Assembly (NCBI GenBank): GCA_044892525.1 | Contig: CM097885.1 | Coordinates: 223,076,001-223,140,000, forward strand | Source of the DNA: Schmidtea polychroa | Taxonomy: Eukaryota | Direction of reading: 5' to 3' | DNA length: 64,000 nt | Part shown: positions 1 through 57,337 of the stretch, in pieces | Layout of the letters: every line of letters begins with the position of its first letter | Position numbering within the stretch: position 1 is the first letter of the stretch | Position numbers and translations under genes: made by a program | Notes under the pieces: model-generated | The model's database searches: none | What the model was told of the DNA's origin: nothing | Seen by the model: only the letters and a program-made list of their open reading frames with translations

Positions 1-178
1 TGTTGATTTCTAATTAGGAGGGATAAATACTGTACACTGAATAGAAGCAGAAATCAACATGAGTGAGAAAAACATAAAATCAGAGAATGCGTTATATAGA
101 CAAACGGAAAGAGTCATAGTAAGGCGAGAACAATTTGAAGAAGTTTATAGAAGTATGCAAACTTGGATATTTACTAAA

Positions 179-44377
<44,199 letters not shown>

Positions 44378-45444
44378 GTATATTTTATTCCGAGAAATCT
44401 AATTGGAACATATAAATACATATCAAAAAACTCGTTATAAATTTAATCAAAATTAATGATAATAAATTTTTCTTATGAAATGAAATAAAAACAATTAAAA
44501 TTTACTTCAAATTTTTTGTTATCTTCTTTGACAGCATATGGTGCAATTGTTGTATTCATTGTAATGAATTGAATTATCCAATAATAAGTGCCAAAATATA
44601 TTGAATTTTTATTTTCATATAAATATCAATCTATAACATTCCTAAAATGTAAAAAAATAAAATGAAGTCATTACTAATTTATCTTGAAGGAAATATTTAA
44701 AAATTTGGTTATTATTATTTTCATTTAATAATTAAATCACCTGAAAGAAACAAACGTTAAAGAATTAATATTTGAACAAAATTAATAGTAATAAGATCAA
44801 CTTTTATGAACTTTTACTTGTATTTTCCGAAAATTTCTTTAAAAACTATATTTTCTTTTGAAGAGTCTATTTATTTTTACTATCAGAGAATTTCAAATAT
44901 AGTATAAGAGAAATAAAATATCAAGATAATGTTATCAAAATAAAAATAATGTCTCAAGAATTTTGAAACAGAAAAAATATAAATTTTTTTTGAAATTTAG
45001 AAATTTTTGTCATTATTTATTTTGGAAAATGTGATATTTTTGAAATGAAATAATTTTGAAATAAAATTGATAAAAAATCAAATAGATTTGAAAATGTGAA
45101 AAAATGATGATGAATAGTAATACATTGGTACCTCGGTGTATCTTCGCTTTGGAATAAATACAGCTTGATATACGTTCTGTTATGATTCGTATACGGCGCT
45201 TATTTGGAATGCGATCCACAGGCTACAGCTTGTATGAATCAAGATGAGTTACGATATCGTGCGGTGCTCTTATTTACTTTTCTCGAGACAAAACCACGAG
45301 TTTCAGTACGTCAGCCACTACCATTTTGTAAACAACCCAATTTATAACCATGTTTATTTCCACATGATCTTGTGTCTTCAAGTAAATACAACCGATTAAT
45401 AATTTTCCTTTTATTTCTTTTTGGAAAGTGCGTTTGATACATGC

Positions 45445-46700
45445 TAGAGACCCGCATTTTTAGCATCTATTTTTTCAATTTTCGCATTTTGAAGCATTTA
45501 CAAACTTGGATTTTAGCATCTATTTAGCATCTATTTTTATAAGACACAAATATAAAATAATTATCGATTTCAATAAATTTTAACAATTTTTTATATAAAA
45601 TTTTCACACAAAAATTCACACAATAAACAAGAAAATACAAATATAGACAACCATAAAAATAAAAAGTCGTTATTATTGAATTATTCAGAAATAAACTCTA
45701 CTTTCAGTCCATTTACAGGAAAATTACGTAGAAACCTATTTAGCTATAACCGATAGTTTAGTTACGTTGTCTCTTTATTCTATATAATAGCATGCTTCAA
45801 TGGATGATTTTTTTGGATTGGTTCGATGATCAGTTACTATTAAATTTTATTTGCTAAAGAATCATTCAATATCAACACTGTTTACCGGGCACCAAATTGA
45901 TTTGATGGCAACACAACTAAATTCTTCGAACTTAACTTTTGTGGCCAATAGTCATTGTAAAATATCTCACATGTTAAATCACATGTTATAATTTCCAAAA
46001 GTTGTTTGGAAAATGTTGATATCCTTCGATACATTGAGATTCTGTTAGTAAATTGGATAAGGCCAAGTTCTTGAAAAGTATAAGAGTTTGTTTAATATTA
46101 ATGCTAATTTTTGATCTTGCTACAGGTGGATTAAAAAGTTGATTCAAAGTTTCATAGCATAAATTGGTTTCATTTAACACTGAATGAAATTTAAGTTTAG
46201 GAAGACATTTTTAGTAGCCTAAGTTAAAATAAATCCTAGTTCGATTTTTATTGTTTCACTAGTGGAAGAAAATAGTTGTTTTGTTTCAACAGGAAAAACT
46301 CCATTAATATGATTTTATAAGCTCCTTTTATATCGTAAATTTCCTTTCATAGTAAAAGTGCGAAAGGATATGTAGAGCCTTCTAATTGTTTTATCAAATA
46401 AATAAATTTAATACAAATTTTACTCACATATTTTGACTGGATTCTTATTAATACTAGATCAGCCTCACAGAGAGCAATTATTTTATCCTTACAATCACTT
46501 TTATTATGAGTTCTCATAATAAAATTCATTAATTGGTCAAAATATGTGTCTAAATATTTCACTGATTTGAACCATGACTTCCACTGAGTGATTATAGGAC
46601 TTGGAAATAAAACAGGTGCAATATTAGGATATTTTGTCTTCAAAAATGTTAAAAACGCAGATTACATTTTCCGGGAATGTAAAAATGCCAATTATATTTG
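45445..46700 (-). mobile_element. Degenerate, 5'-truncated hAT transposon (CGGBP1-like transposase type)
   Basis: Minus-strand fragments LFPSPIITQWKSW and PVNSVDIE*FFSK*NLIVTDHR (dimerisation motif); one terminus TAGAGACCCGC at 45445 with TTTTAGCATCTATTT subterminal repeats. Confidence 0.65.
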
Positions 46701-46889
46701 TAAGATGTATTAATATAAACTATTCATATTTATAGCATTTATATTTTATTATTTGAATGTTGTGGTATTTTGAAATGGAATTTTGAAATTGTTCGAATAT
46801 TATTTGGATTTGAATTAATTCTCCAGAATAAATAATATATAATTATTCACGTATTTGAATTTGTTTATGTCTAAAATTAAAACGAATCA

Positions 46890-49870
46890 CAACATGGCGA
46901 CCACGCATATACTGCATTCGAAACATTCGAAATCGGCGATGACATAGAAAAATTAATCGAAGAAACAGATAAATCTTTGAGCTTACTCAGACAACCGAAG
47001 AACACAGAGGAGTTTTTATTGAAGCGTTTTTATCAATGGAAACAACGCAAAAGTTCGAGGAAATGGATCCTGAAATTAACTACAAGAAAAGAATCTACGA
47101 TGCCTTTATGAAGCAATCTAACTTAGCAAATGATCTCAACGAAGCCTTATCGTTTCGAAGAGGAGAGGAAACAGTTAATGATTTTTTATAAAAATAAAGA
47201 AGTTAGTAAAAGATGCTCTCGACGATAGAGAAATCAAAAAAGATTTAAAATTATAAGGACTAAAAACATTCGAAGAAATAAAAAATCGATTGGTTAAATA
47301 CGATGATATTAAAAATGAAAATGAAATCGAAAACATTGTTTCGATACAGCATGTAAAGAAAAATTATGATGAGGTAGTGATGTTGAATGAAGGACAAACA
47401 TGGAACCAAAGAAAACCTTACCATCGTCAAAGGAATGAAAGAATCAAACAAAGTTGGACTATGGGGTGACCGGAAACAAATGTTCCAAGATCAGGAAATC
47501 GACATGAGTGAGAGAAGACCAGAAATCAAGGACAATTTTGAGAAAGACAGCAGTGGCCCACGAGACATTTTAACGGATCGGTTAGGAGAAATGTTTATCC
47601 AAACCAAAATAATTGCATGCGAAGATGTTGGGCTTGTAGAGAAGAAGATCATCTAAAATCAGAATACCCAAATGTCAAATGCAACCATTGTCACAAGAAT
47701 GGACACTTCAAACTCCAGTGTTATGAAGTTAGTCCATAAAGAAAGTTTCAGAGTTCTCGATACATGGTTGCCTTCGGAGACGAGTGCGAACGATCGGTGG
47801 AAGGAGATGAGCCAAATGAATTTGCTCCGACATCTGGGGAAGTGATCGGAGCCATAAATTGAATGTAAGTGATATTTCGAACAATGTTTGCATAAATTTC
47901 AATGATTGTGAATGTATATATGATCTGAATGAGAATGAATGTAATTTGAATTTTGATATGTATTTTGATAATAGTTTTGATGAACTTAATAATTATAATA
48001 CTTAAGCAGGGTTGCCAGACCTCCCGATTTCGTCGGGAGTCTCCCGTTATGAAAGTATATTTCCCGACTCCCGATATACATGCCAAAAACTCCCGATTTG
48101 TAAAATGTTATATAATAAATGTAGTGTTCATTATTAGTCAGCCATCCTTCATCCTTCATTTTTTTTCGTTACTCCCGACATGATGTTTTCAAAATCTGGC
48201 AACCCTGTACTTAAGATTTATATAATTGAAATGAAAATAAATTAATTTTTAAACCATATCGCTCTAGTAACTTTAAAACTCCGAATACTTCAATTATAAA
48301 GGTGGAAAATCTAAAAGAATTTATAATTAATTATACCTATATTGGATGAAGACCCAGTGTTGAAATTTAAATAAATAAAGAAAAAGCAATGTGTATGCTT
48401 GATACAAGGGCAAAGATTAGTGTTTTCAAATACGAGATTTATAAAAGATTTTAAAACGTAATAATGGAAAAATGTGATATTGAAGTGAAATGTGCAACAA
48501 GCAGTGGCATAACTGTAATTGAAAAGACAAATATAAATGTAACTGAAGGGGTATTTCAAAACCAGTAGAATTCTATGTTACTCGAAGAGTTATTCCAAAA
48601 ATAATTGGTCGCGGATAAATTTTTTAATGGAATTTAATATATATTTACAAAGAACTGATAGTGAGATATATGAAATAAGTTATATTGAACAAAAGAAGAG
48701 GATTTTAAAGAAATGGGTAAAGAAGACAAAAAAATCGAGAAATTGATTGAAGAATATGAAACAGTATTTATGAAACATAAATGGGACATTGGTAAAACAG
48801 AAATAGTACAACATGAGATAAATACGACAGGACCTCCCATTGTTATGAATCCAAGATGTCAACCAGTACACCTCTTATCGAGAGTAGAAGAAAATATTAA
48901 AGAGATGGAAAAAAATTGTATTATAAAGAAATGTGAATCACTTTGGAATTCGCCAGTGGTATGCATTAAATAGAAAGACAAATATGAGATAAGGATTTGC
49001 TTAGATTTTCGAGCATTAAATTTAGTAACAGAGCGACCTATTTTTCCAATACTAAATACAGAAGAAATGATGGACACTCATAATGGATCGAGATTTTTCA
49101 CAACACTGGATTTAGGAAGTGCATATTACCAAGTGGAGTTAACTGAAGATTCATAAAAGAAAACGGCTTTTTCTACAAAGGATGAGAAATATTGCTTCAA
49201 TCGCATGACATTTGGGATAGCAGCGGCTCCTGCTACTTTCCAGAAATTGATGAACAAAGTACTTGAATCACTAAATTGGAAAGAAGCTGTAGTGTACCTG
49301 GACGACGTCCTAATATTTTCAAATACTAAAGAGAAACACATAAAAAGAGTAAAAAATGTTCTAGACAGAATTAAAAAAACTGAATTAAAGTTGAACCGAG
49401 AGAAATGTCACTTTTTGAAACGTGAAGCTAAGTTTTTAGGCCATATCATAAATAAAGATGGTATAAGAACGGAGGATCATAAAATTGATGCAATAAAACA
49501 GTTTGAAAGACCAAAATGTTTAAAGAGGTTGAGAAGTTTTTTGGAACTTATTATTATCGAAGATTCATTGAAAACTATTCAAAGTATTCTAAGAACTTGG
49601 AGAAACTATGTAGGAGTAACCAAAAAGATTAAAATAGACAGATGAATGTGAAAAAGCGTTTCAAGGTATGAAAGAACAATTAATGAGATCTCCAATACTG
49701 GCTTTCCCGGATTTTAAAAAAGAATTTATATTAGATACTGATGCAACCTATGATAGAATATGAGCGGTGTTATCAAAATTAGATTCTAATGGAAATGAAT
49801 GAGTGATTGCGTATGGATCGTGTGTAATGAGTACACACTAATTATCACTAGAATGCATAACTAGAAAAAA
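46890..49870 (+). mobile_element. Decayed Ty3/Gypsy gag-pol (gag, RT, start of RNase H), no LTRs recognised
   Basis: Zinc knuckles CWACREEDHLKSEY and CNHCHKNGHFKLQC (47680-47721); RT motifs WNSPVV, DFRALN, LDLGSAYYQV, MTFG, YLDD; RNase H FILDTDA; many stops and frameshifts. Confidence 0.92.
48007..48207. mobile_element. 201-bp hAT (Tip100-like) MITE inserted in the Gypsy element
   Basis: Perfect 13-bp TIR CAGGGTTGCCAGA / TCTGGCAACCCTG; perfect 8-bp TSD TACTTAAG (47999-48006, 48208-48215). Confidence 0.93.
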
Positions 49871-49902
49871 TTTACTTGCAATTTATTATTATACGTTACA
49901 TT

Positions 49903-50875
49903 TTAAACATTTTTTATATGGGAAGCAATCAAATCGGCTTTTGCTATCAATTCGTAAATCAATCTACTATATCCCGGTTTCAACCTTAAATACATGCAAC
50001 TCCAAAAGTATTTATTCAGTGAATCGTTGTTTAAATACATTAAATAAATAGATAACTTCAAAATGCATTTATCATAATTAAATAAATCAAATAAATATTC
50101 AATAGAGGAATATTTGAAAATTTTTAAAATATTTATGATTTGTTTATCAGTGTAAGTATCATGATTATTTATAAAATCTTCAACTGTGTTGTTAAAAAAT
50201 TTCAATGAACGCTTATCTTCGGAATAGGTTGAACTTAATTTTTCCTTATTTCTAGTAGGAATTCCTTGCTATAAATGACATATATAAAAAATATTGACAA
50301 AATAATAACGTTACCAAATGTGTTTTGTGATTTACACAATCATATTCAACAGTTTTACTTGTAGAAATCATCAGTAATAAATAAATTTCTTAATAACTAA
50401 ATTATTTTTGTTTTTTAACATTTATAACAATAGAGATAGACAATCGAATTAGCGTTTTCAAAATATAGAAATTGTAACCATGGTTGAACCTCCAATTGTC
50501 TAAGTAAGTGTATAGCACAAACACCTCAATCTAAACATCAACAATTTGGTCATATTTCTACATGTCTTTAATTTAAAATATTATTTTTGACTATCCATAA
50601 AAACCTTCAAAATGGCCCTTGTCTTACCCTTGGATTAGAATAATACAACATTCGGATACCCAGNNNNNNNNNNNNNNNNNNNNNNNNNNNNNNNNNNNNN
50701 NNNNNNNNNNNNNNNNNNNNNNNNNNNNNNNNNNNNNNNNNNNNNNNNNNNNNNNNNNNNNNNNNNNNNNNNNNNNNNNNNNNNNNNNNNNNNNNNNNGT
50801 TCGAAAAACCTTTAAACTGAGTCCTCGTTAAATAAATTTCCATCGCAAACTCATCATTAGAAAAAATAATATGAC
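49903..50875 (-). CDS. Candidate exons of an unidentified protein-coding gene (50875-50628, gap-containing, and 50268-49903)
   Basis: ttttcaag acceptor, frame open on both sides of the N gap, AGG|gtaaga donor phase 0 matching tttatag|CAA acceptor of a 121-codon open frame; no family recognised. Confidence 0.45.
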
Positions 50876-51680
50876 CTTGAAAATAATAATTTCTAAAATA
50901 ATAGTACTTTGTAAATAAAATAAGAACTTGAAAAAAAATTAACAATAATAAGTATGACTAGTACCCTTGTGAGTTGCTGAGCGTGAGCAGTACCCATAGG
51001 GGGACAAAACATCTTGTCGGNNNNNNNNNNNNNNNNNNNNNNNNNNNNNNNNNNNNNNNNNNNNNNNNNNNNNNNNNNNNNNNNNNNNNNNNNNNNNNNN
51101 NNNNNNNNNNNNNNNNNNNNNNNNNNNNNNNNNNNNNNNNNNNNNNNNNNNNNNNNNNNNNNNNNNNNNNNNNNNNNNNNNNNNNNNNNNNNNNNNNNNN
51201 NNNNNNNNNNNNNNNNNNNNNNNNNNNNNNNNNNNNNNNNNNNNNNNNNNNNNNNNNNNNNNNNNNNNNNNNNNNNNNNNNNNNNNNNNNNNNNNNNNNN
51301 NNNNNNNNNNNNNNNNNNNNNNNNNNNNNNNNNNNNNNNNNNNNNNNNNNNNNNNNNNNNNNNNNNNNNNNNNNNNNNNNNNNNNNNNNNNNNNNNNNNN
51401 NNNNNNNNNNNNNNNNNNNNNNNNNNNNNNNNNNNNNNNNNNNNNATTAATTGAGTTCCACGAGATTTATCAATTTTACTCTGGCTTTAACTCTTTTATC
51501 GTTTGAATATAAATATGATGAAAACAAATTTTCTACAAAACAAATATACTGTAATTAATTTGAAAGAAATTAGCATAAACTTGTAAATAACATCTTGTAT
51601 ATGTATATATACGCGCACATCCACCCACCCATACATATATTCACCTATAAATATATTGTTTATTGTTCTTGTTTACTTAG

Positions 51681-51774
51681 TTTATTAGAAAGAGCTTGAA
51701 GACTATAAATCAGTAATATATCAAAAACATCGATATATTTATTGATTTATAGTCTTCAAGCTCTTTTTAATAAA
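51681..51774. repeat. 94-bp hairpin repeat; one arm recurs at ~61730-61775
   Basis: AAAGAGCTTGAAGACTATAAATCA / TGATTTATAGTCTTCAAGCTCTTT arms. Confidence 0.75.
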
Positions 51775-52877
51775 TAAAATGGGAAACAAAATCAGAGGTG
51801 AAATTGGAATAAAAAGTTCTTATAATATTTACTTAGTCTTTTTTATTGGATGAACACTTCTTGTTTAAATAATGCTGCTTTACCCTCCTTTGAAGTATAT
51901 CGCTATTAAAATATTGGTAATTAAATCGATATAAATTTGTAAGTTCTTTTTATTTGACATGTTTTAATCGGGTTTTCACTAAATATTACAAAATTATGAA
52001 CTATAATAACCAAATTGAAAACTTAACATCGCCAGTCGGCAGTTTTAAAGTTATCAGGGTTCTAATAAGGATTTCGGGAAGTTCTTAAAAATAAATTGAT
52101 TTTTCTTTAGAAAAAAGTTTCCTTGCGTGAAGGAATTGTTATATTTACTCAAAAGTAATTCGAAAGGTAAAGTATGAATTAAACGAACTCCATTATTTAC
52201 GTTTACAGAAGCAATTTCTATAAAAGAAAATCTTCCATATATAACAATAAATCGGCCGAGCTTCATCAAATATCGGCTAATATTGCGTATCAAAATGTCA
52301 ATGTCCTTTTTATTTAGGAATATTTATAATGATAAAATCCTCTTACGAGTACTAAAATAAAATTATTGTGTGATTGGGTATTGTGGCAACCCTAACTTGG
52401 TGGCCATGATGGATTTCACCATTTCTACGGAATATTCTAGTTTTCTATTTATTCATGTTGTAATTTTTTCTTTAATTTATTTTTCGATGTTATTTTTTGA
52501 AAATCTTTCTAATTTACATTTCTATTTCTTCTTTTCGCCATTAATTCAAATTTGCTTACTTATGTTGTGTTTTCGTTGACTTTCAGTCACGATTCAACCA
52601 CTTGGGCTCAAAATCAGTTCTAGTCTAACAAAATGTTTTACTCATTTATCAGTAGCATTCCAACGTTTGATATATATTACCACTTTGATTGTTAATTAAG
52701 AAACTCTAACCTACCCATTTGACTTCTTTTTAGTAGTCTTGAATAATAACAATATACTTGTTTTAAAATCTTTTCTTCTTTATGTATTGAAACATTACGA
52801 TCATTATATTAGTGACACTTCTATGTAATTCCAATGCAAAATTTATTGTGTACTATAATCACGTTATTGGTTTAGAA

Positions 52878-53200
52878 CAGGGCTATTCAATTAGATTTAG
52901 TCAAGAGCCAGACTAAAGAAATCTGTAGATGGTGGCGGCGAGAGGCTCGGAGTTGGGGTTTGGGGAGGTGGACTGATGAGCACATACAACAAATTTTTTA
53001 AAATTATAAAAGTACAACGGTCTATTTAGGAAGTCTTTAAATGTGAATTAAAAATTTTCAATGTAAATTATAGAATTTAATCAATGCGAAAAATATGAAA
53101 AAACATATATAATATAGATATAAAATTCAAATAATTATAATTTTAATAATTCAAAAACATATATTTAAAAATCCCACGGACCGCTAATGGAATAGACCTG
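52878..53200. mobile_element. Charlie/Buster-type hAT MITE, 323 bp
   Basis: 16-bp TIRs CAGGGCTATTCAATTA vs CAGGTCTATTCCATTA (14/16); TSD GTTTAGAA (52870-77) / GTCTAGAA (53201-08). Confidence 0.8.
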
Positions 53201-53208
53201 GTCTAGAA

Positions 53209-54427
53209 CAGGGCTTCTTAAACTAGGGGTCGCGACCCCAAATGGTGTCGCCTGGCAAAATATTGGGGTCGCGAAATTTTTATATAAAATATCGAAATAC
53301 ATAAAATTGCATAATTGTCGTATGTTTTAACGATCTATTTAGCGATTTCCAGTACTTAAACTTCATTAAAATATAATAATACTTGTTGAAACAGATACAA
53401 ATTTATTTACATGTTTATTGTTGCGTAATAGTCTAGTAAAGTTTGTCTCATATCATTGAATTTACGTGGAACTGATATTTTGCATTTTTATTGTGTGAAC
53501 TAGTCTAGTGTTTTTGCTATATCACTATAGTCATTTTCTCTTAAACAGCAACGCAAGAGTAAAATCGCAACAATAATTTAGGTATTCAATAATAAATTAA
53601 TTATTAAATGAAAAATGTTAGTTTTATATATTTATTGATATTTAGGATTTAAATAATTTTGACCATGGATAAATGGCTAAAAACAAGTAAGAAAGGAAAT
53701 GACGCGGATAACAATGCTATAAAGTCTCCCAAAGAGTTAACAAACAGGTATCGAATCTGAAAAAAGTATGATGAGTCTTTTCTTCGATTTGCCTTTACAT
53801 TTAAAAATTGTAAGGGAATGAACAACCTATTTGTTTAATCTGTAATGAATTATTAACTGCAGAGAGTATGGAACTATCAAAATTGAAAAGACATTTTGAA
53901 TCAAAGTATACCTCTAGCGCCAATAAACAAAAGAATATTTTGAAAGAATTTTAAAATTTTTAAATAAAAAAAAACTTTTGAAGAATTTTTGACAATTAAT
54001 GAAAAATATTTACTCGCATCATACGAAGTTTCATACTGTATTGCTAAGAATAAGAAGCCATTCACAATCGGAGAAGATATTATATTACCTGCTGCTATTA
54101 AAATGGTAGAAATATTACATGGAGATAAATATGTTTTTGTTATTCTATTTATGTTACTGGAAAAAATGCAGTTTTGATAAAAATAGGGCATATAATTTGA
54201 AATTATAATAAATATAATTTTGCAACTTTTGTTGAAATTGTAATTTGATATCCTTGTGTTTATAATTAAAATCTGAAACGTCAATTTTTCATATGTATTT
54301 ATATTATTACCTAATTAATAAATCTTCACAAAAAAATTATATATCTTTGTTTTAAATTATAAGGGGTCGCTAAAAAGGTTTACAATCATAAATGGGGTCG
54401 TGAATGAAAAATGTTTAAGAAACCCTG
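53209..54427 (+). mobile_element. Internally deleted Charlie/Buster hAT transposon, 1219 bp
   Basis: 15-bp TIR CAGGG(C/T)TTCTTAAAC; perfect TSD GTCTAGAA (53201-08, 54428-35); transposase relics MDKWLK, PICLICNELL, LKRHFESK, ASYEVSYCIAKNKKPFTIGEDIILPA. Confidence 0.9.
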
Positions 54428-54881
54428 GTCTAGAATATAGATGAAAAAAGTGAGAACAGATACAAAAATTAAATAATCAACAAATACCTTAGTTTAAATG
54501 TTATTGTGTAAATAAAAATTGTGTAAAAAAAGTTTTGCTATAAAGAAATAAAAATACTCAAACTTTAATATTACAGGATTTTTAATGCAACCCCAAAATG
54601 AGTAGCCCACCTTTGATTGTTTTAATTATTCATTTACAATGCATGAATAAAATAAATAATTTAATAAAGGAAAACAGATCTTATTACACAAAATTTCCTT
54701 GATGTGATTCTAAATAATTTTATTTGAATTTTCTAAATCTTAGACAATTTATTTAATTCCAATAAAATTCAAAAGTTCTACTAAAGACTGCTTAAAAGAT
54801 TTCTTCGGAATTCAAGCAAAACTAGTTGGTTTTCAGTTTCAACTCGAATCCCATCCTTTCAAATTCTTTTCAACAATTTGT

Positions 54882-55826
54882 TTATAAATTCATAACATTT
54901 CTTATTGAATGAGAGTTGAGATTATTGACACGAAAATTGACGTTCTTTTGAAGAACAGACTGAAAAATACACGATTTTGAACCAGGTGTATGATTGTATA
55001 ACTTATTTGTATTATTCCGAATATCATGGATTAAATTACGAGTAAATTTATCTCTGTATTCGGCAGGAAATGCCGTGGGATAAGGGGTTAAACAACCATC
55101 TTTGTTACCACCTAAAACCTTTGGATAACTACCAGGAATAAATGGGCGTTTCTGAAGGTAATTTACCGCTTTACCATGCTTTTCTTCATAAGGTCCCATT
55201 CCTCCTTCGAAAGGATTGCTGTAAAAGTAACTACCATAAGCATTTGTTGGAATGAATTCTTTTCGGTTTAATGTTCTTTTCTTGTGTTCAGCCATTTCTT
55301 TTCGAAAATACATATTCCTAGCACCATCATAAACGTCAGACTGCCATTCTGGATATGGATTTAAACAGACGTCAGCATATCCATATCCAGTGCCTTTCTT
55401 ACCTGGATTAGTTATGAAATTCTTTTTAGTAGGCCCTTTACCGCGCGCTGTTCTGGTTATTCCAGAAAAATAAGGTATCATGTAATCCATACAACCCATT
55501 CTTGATCCAGTTCCACTTTGCTTTTTTCCTGGATTTGACATAATGAAAGTTTTACCAATGTTCTTTTCTTTATTTTGGTTTCTCCATCGTCTTCTCATTG
55601 CCATTAAATTAGTCTCACTTTCTCCTTCGAATACTCTCGTAAATGGTTTAGTGAAATATCCATCGTCAGTTGCAGCTTTAGATCTTGTCATGTCTCCTAA
55701 AAATCCTTTCCCCTTAATAATATCTTGACGGGAAGAATAGAAAAATGGTTTGTATGGATCATTGATTGTGTGATATCCCATCTCTTTGAACAATCCAACC
55801 CGTTCCATATCAGTTTTCTCAGTCAT
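54882..55826 (-). CDS. CFAP96: Cilia- and flagella-associated protein 96 (C4orf47, UPF0602), single exon, 314 aa
   Basis: Family motifs KTDMERVGLF.EM.Y, RVFEGE, KNFITNPGKKGTGYGYA, C-terminal PGSKS; intact ORF. Confidence 0.9.
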   Translation of the reverse strand: MTEKTDMERVGLFKEMGYHTINDPYKPFFYSSRQDIIKGKGFLGDMTRSKAATDDGYFTKPFTRVFEGESETNLMAMRRRWRNQNKEKNIGKTFIMSNPGKKQSGTGSRMGCMDYMIPYFSGITRTARGKGPTKKNFITNPGKKGTGYGYADVCLNPYPEWQSDVYDGARNMYFRKEMAEHKKRTLNRKEFIPTNAYGSYFYSNPFEGGMGPYEEKHGKAVNYLQKRPFIPGSYPKVLGGNKDGCLTPYPTAFPAEYRDKFTRNLIHDIRNNTNKLYNHTPGSKSCIFQSVLQKNVNFRVNNLNSHSIRNVMNL

Positions 55827-57337
55827 TTTAAAAAAATATTATAAACAGAGTAAACTAATATAATAAATAAGAAGGTTTTTTATCAACTTATATCATTTTA
55901 TTGACTAAAACTATAATCTTTATTTTCATAATTTATTAATTGACTAAAAGTAGTTATGAATTTTTTTTTATTTTCATTCTGAGTTTAGTTTAGGGACACA
56001 GAAATAATTTTGCACTGGAATAATGAATAACCTCTTATGTAACGAATAATCTGAACCAAATTATTTCCCTATCCTTAGAATATATAGTGAAATATGGGTA
56101 GATAAGTCTGAATCCTCATGCTCTCTTTCTAATTTATATTCACAAATCTTTGATGAATAATTTAGAATTTACGCTTTCCTATTTTATGTAGTTATCCAGA
56201 CAACTCTATGCGTAATTGACTATTGGCAAAATTGATTAAGCTTCACAATAATTATTGGGTTTATTTTGTTGGATATTTGTTATAAATCGGTATTAGGTTA
56301 TGACTCCTCGGTGTTTTTATCCAAATAAATCGAACAACCTAATACAACAACGTTTATTTAAATTATTGAAATAGTTTACACAATTTTTTATCAACAAGAA
56401 TCGCAGGGATGTGGATACAAAAATAGTAAAAGTGTCTGTATGTTGTATGTATGTTTTTATTGCTCATAACGATATTATTTTAGAAACTTCTCTATTTGAG
56501 TGAATCATTATATTTCAGATTTCAATAAATATTATGACATAAACGCGTTTTGTTTTAATAAGTGTTATGTTTAAAAAATAAATATTTCTGGGATTTCGAA
56601 TTTTTAAATTGAAAAGAAATTATGAAGTATCTATTTTAAGACACGGTTCTGATACTGAGTCAAAGGTTGGGGCTTATAATCCCGGTTTTATCCTGCATAA
56701 ATAATAAAAGTGATAATACAAAAAATTATTTTAAAATTCTGCTCCATAGCCGACCGTGATACCTAAAAATACCAATGACTTTTGAATTATAAACTACTGT
56801 AATTCTCTGCAAATATAATAAAAAGATTTTGTCAAATAACTTAGACAATTAGACAAATTCATTTTCTCAAGTTTTATCCCAATTACCGGATCTATCTTTA
56901 ATAACTATTTTAGTTAATAAGCCAACAAAATATATTTGGCGAAAATAATTATATTACAAATTATAATCAAGTTTATTTGTTGTCATTCTAGACGATAGAT
57001 CAATATTTTTATTTATTTAACATGGATTTTTGGTACATCCCTTTCAAGTGTCTATACACCTTTTATTATTTTGAAAAGAAAATCGGTTTGGAAGAAAGTT
57101 TGAGTTTGAAAATGGTGTCTACTTAAGTCTAGGGCCTAGCCAACTGTAGTCTTTTTCGGAATACATCATTTAGTTAATAGAAATAAGACACTTTGAATTT
57201 GTGAATCTTTATTTTTATTACATATTTAGACAAAGTTTAAATAATTTGATTATTATAAATATCTATAGTATTTATAATAATTATTTAATTGATTTGGTTA
57301 CACCAATACTTTTGTTATTTATATCTTTATACTAAAG

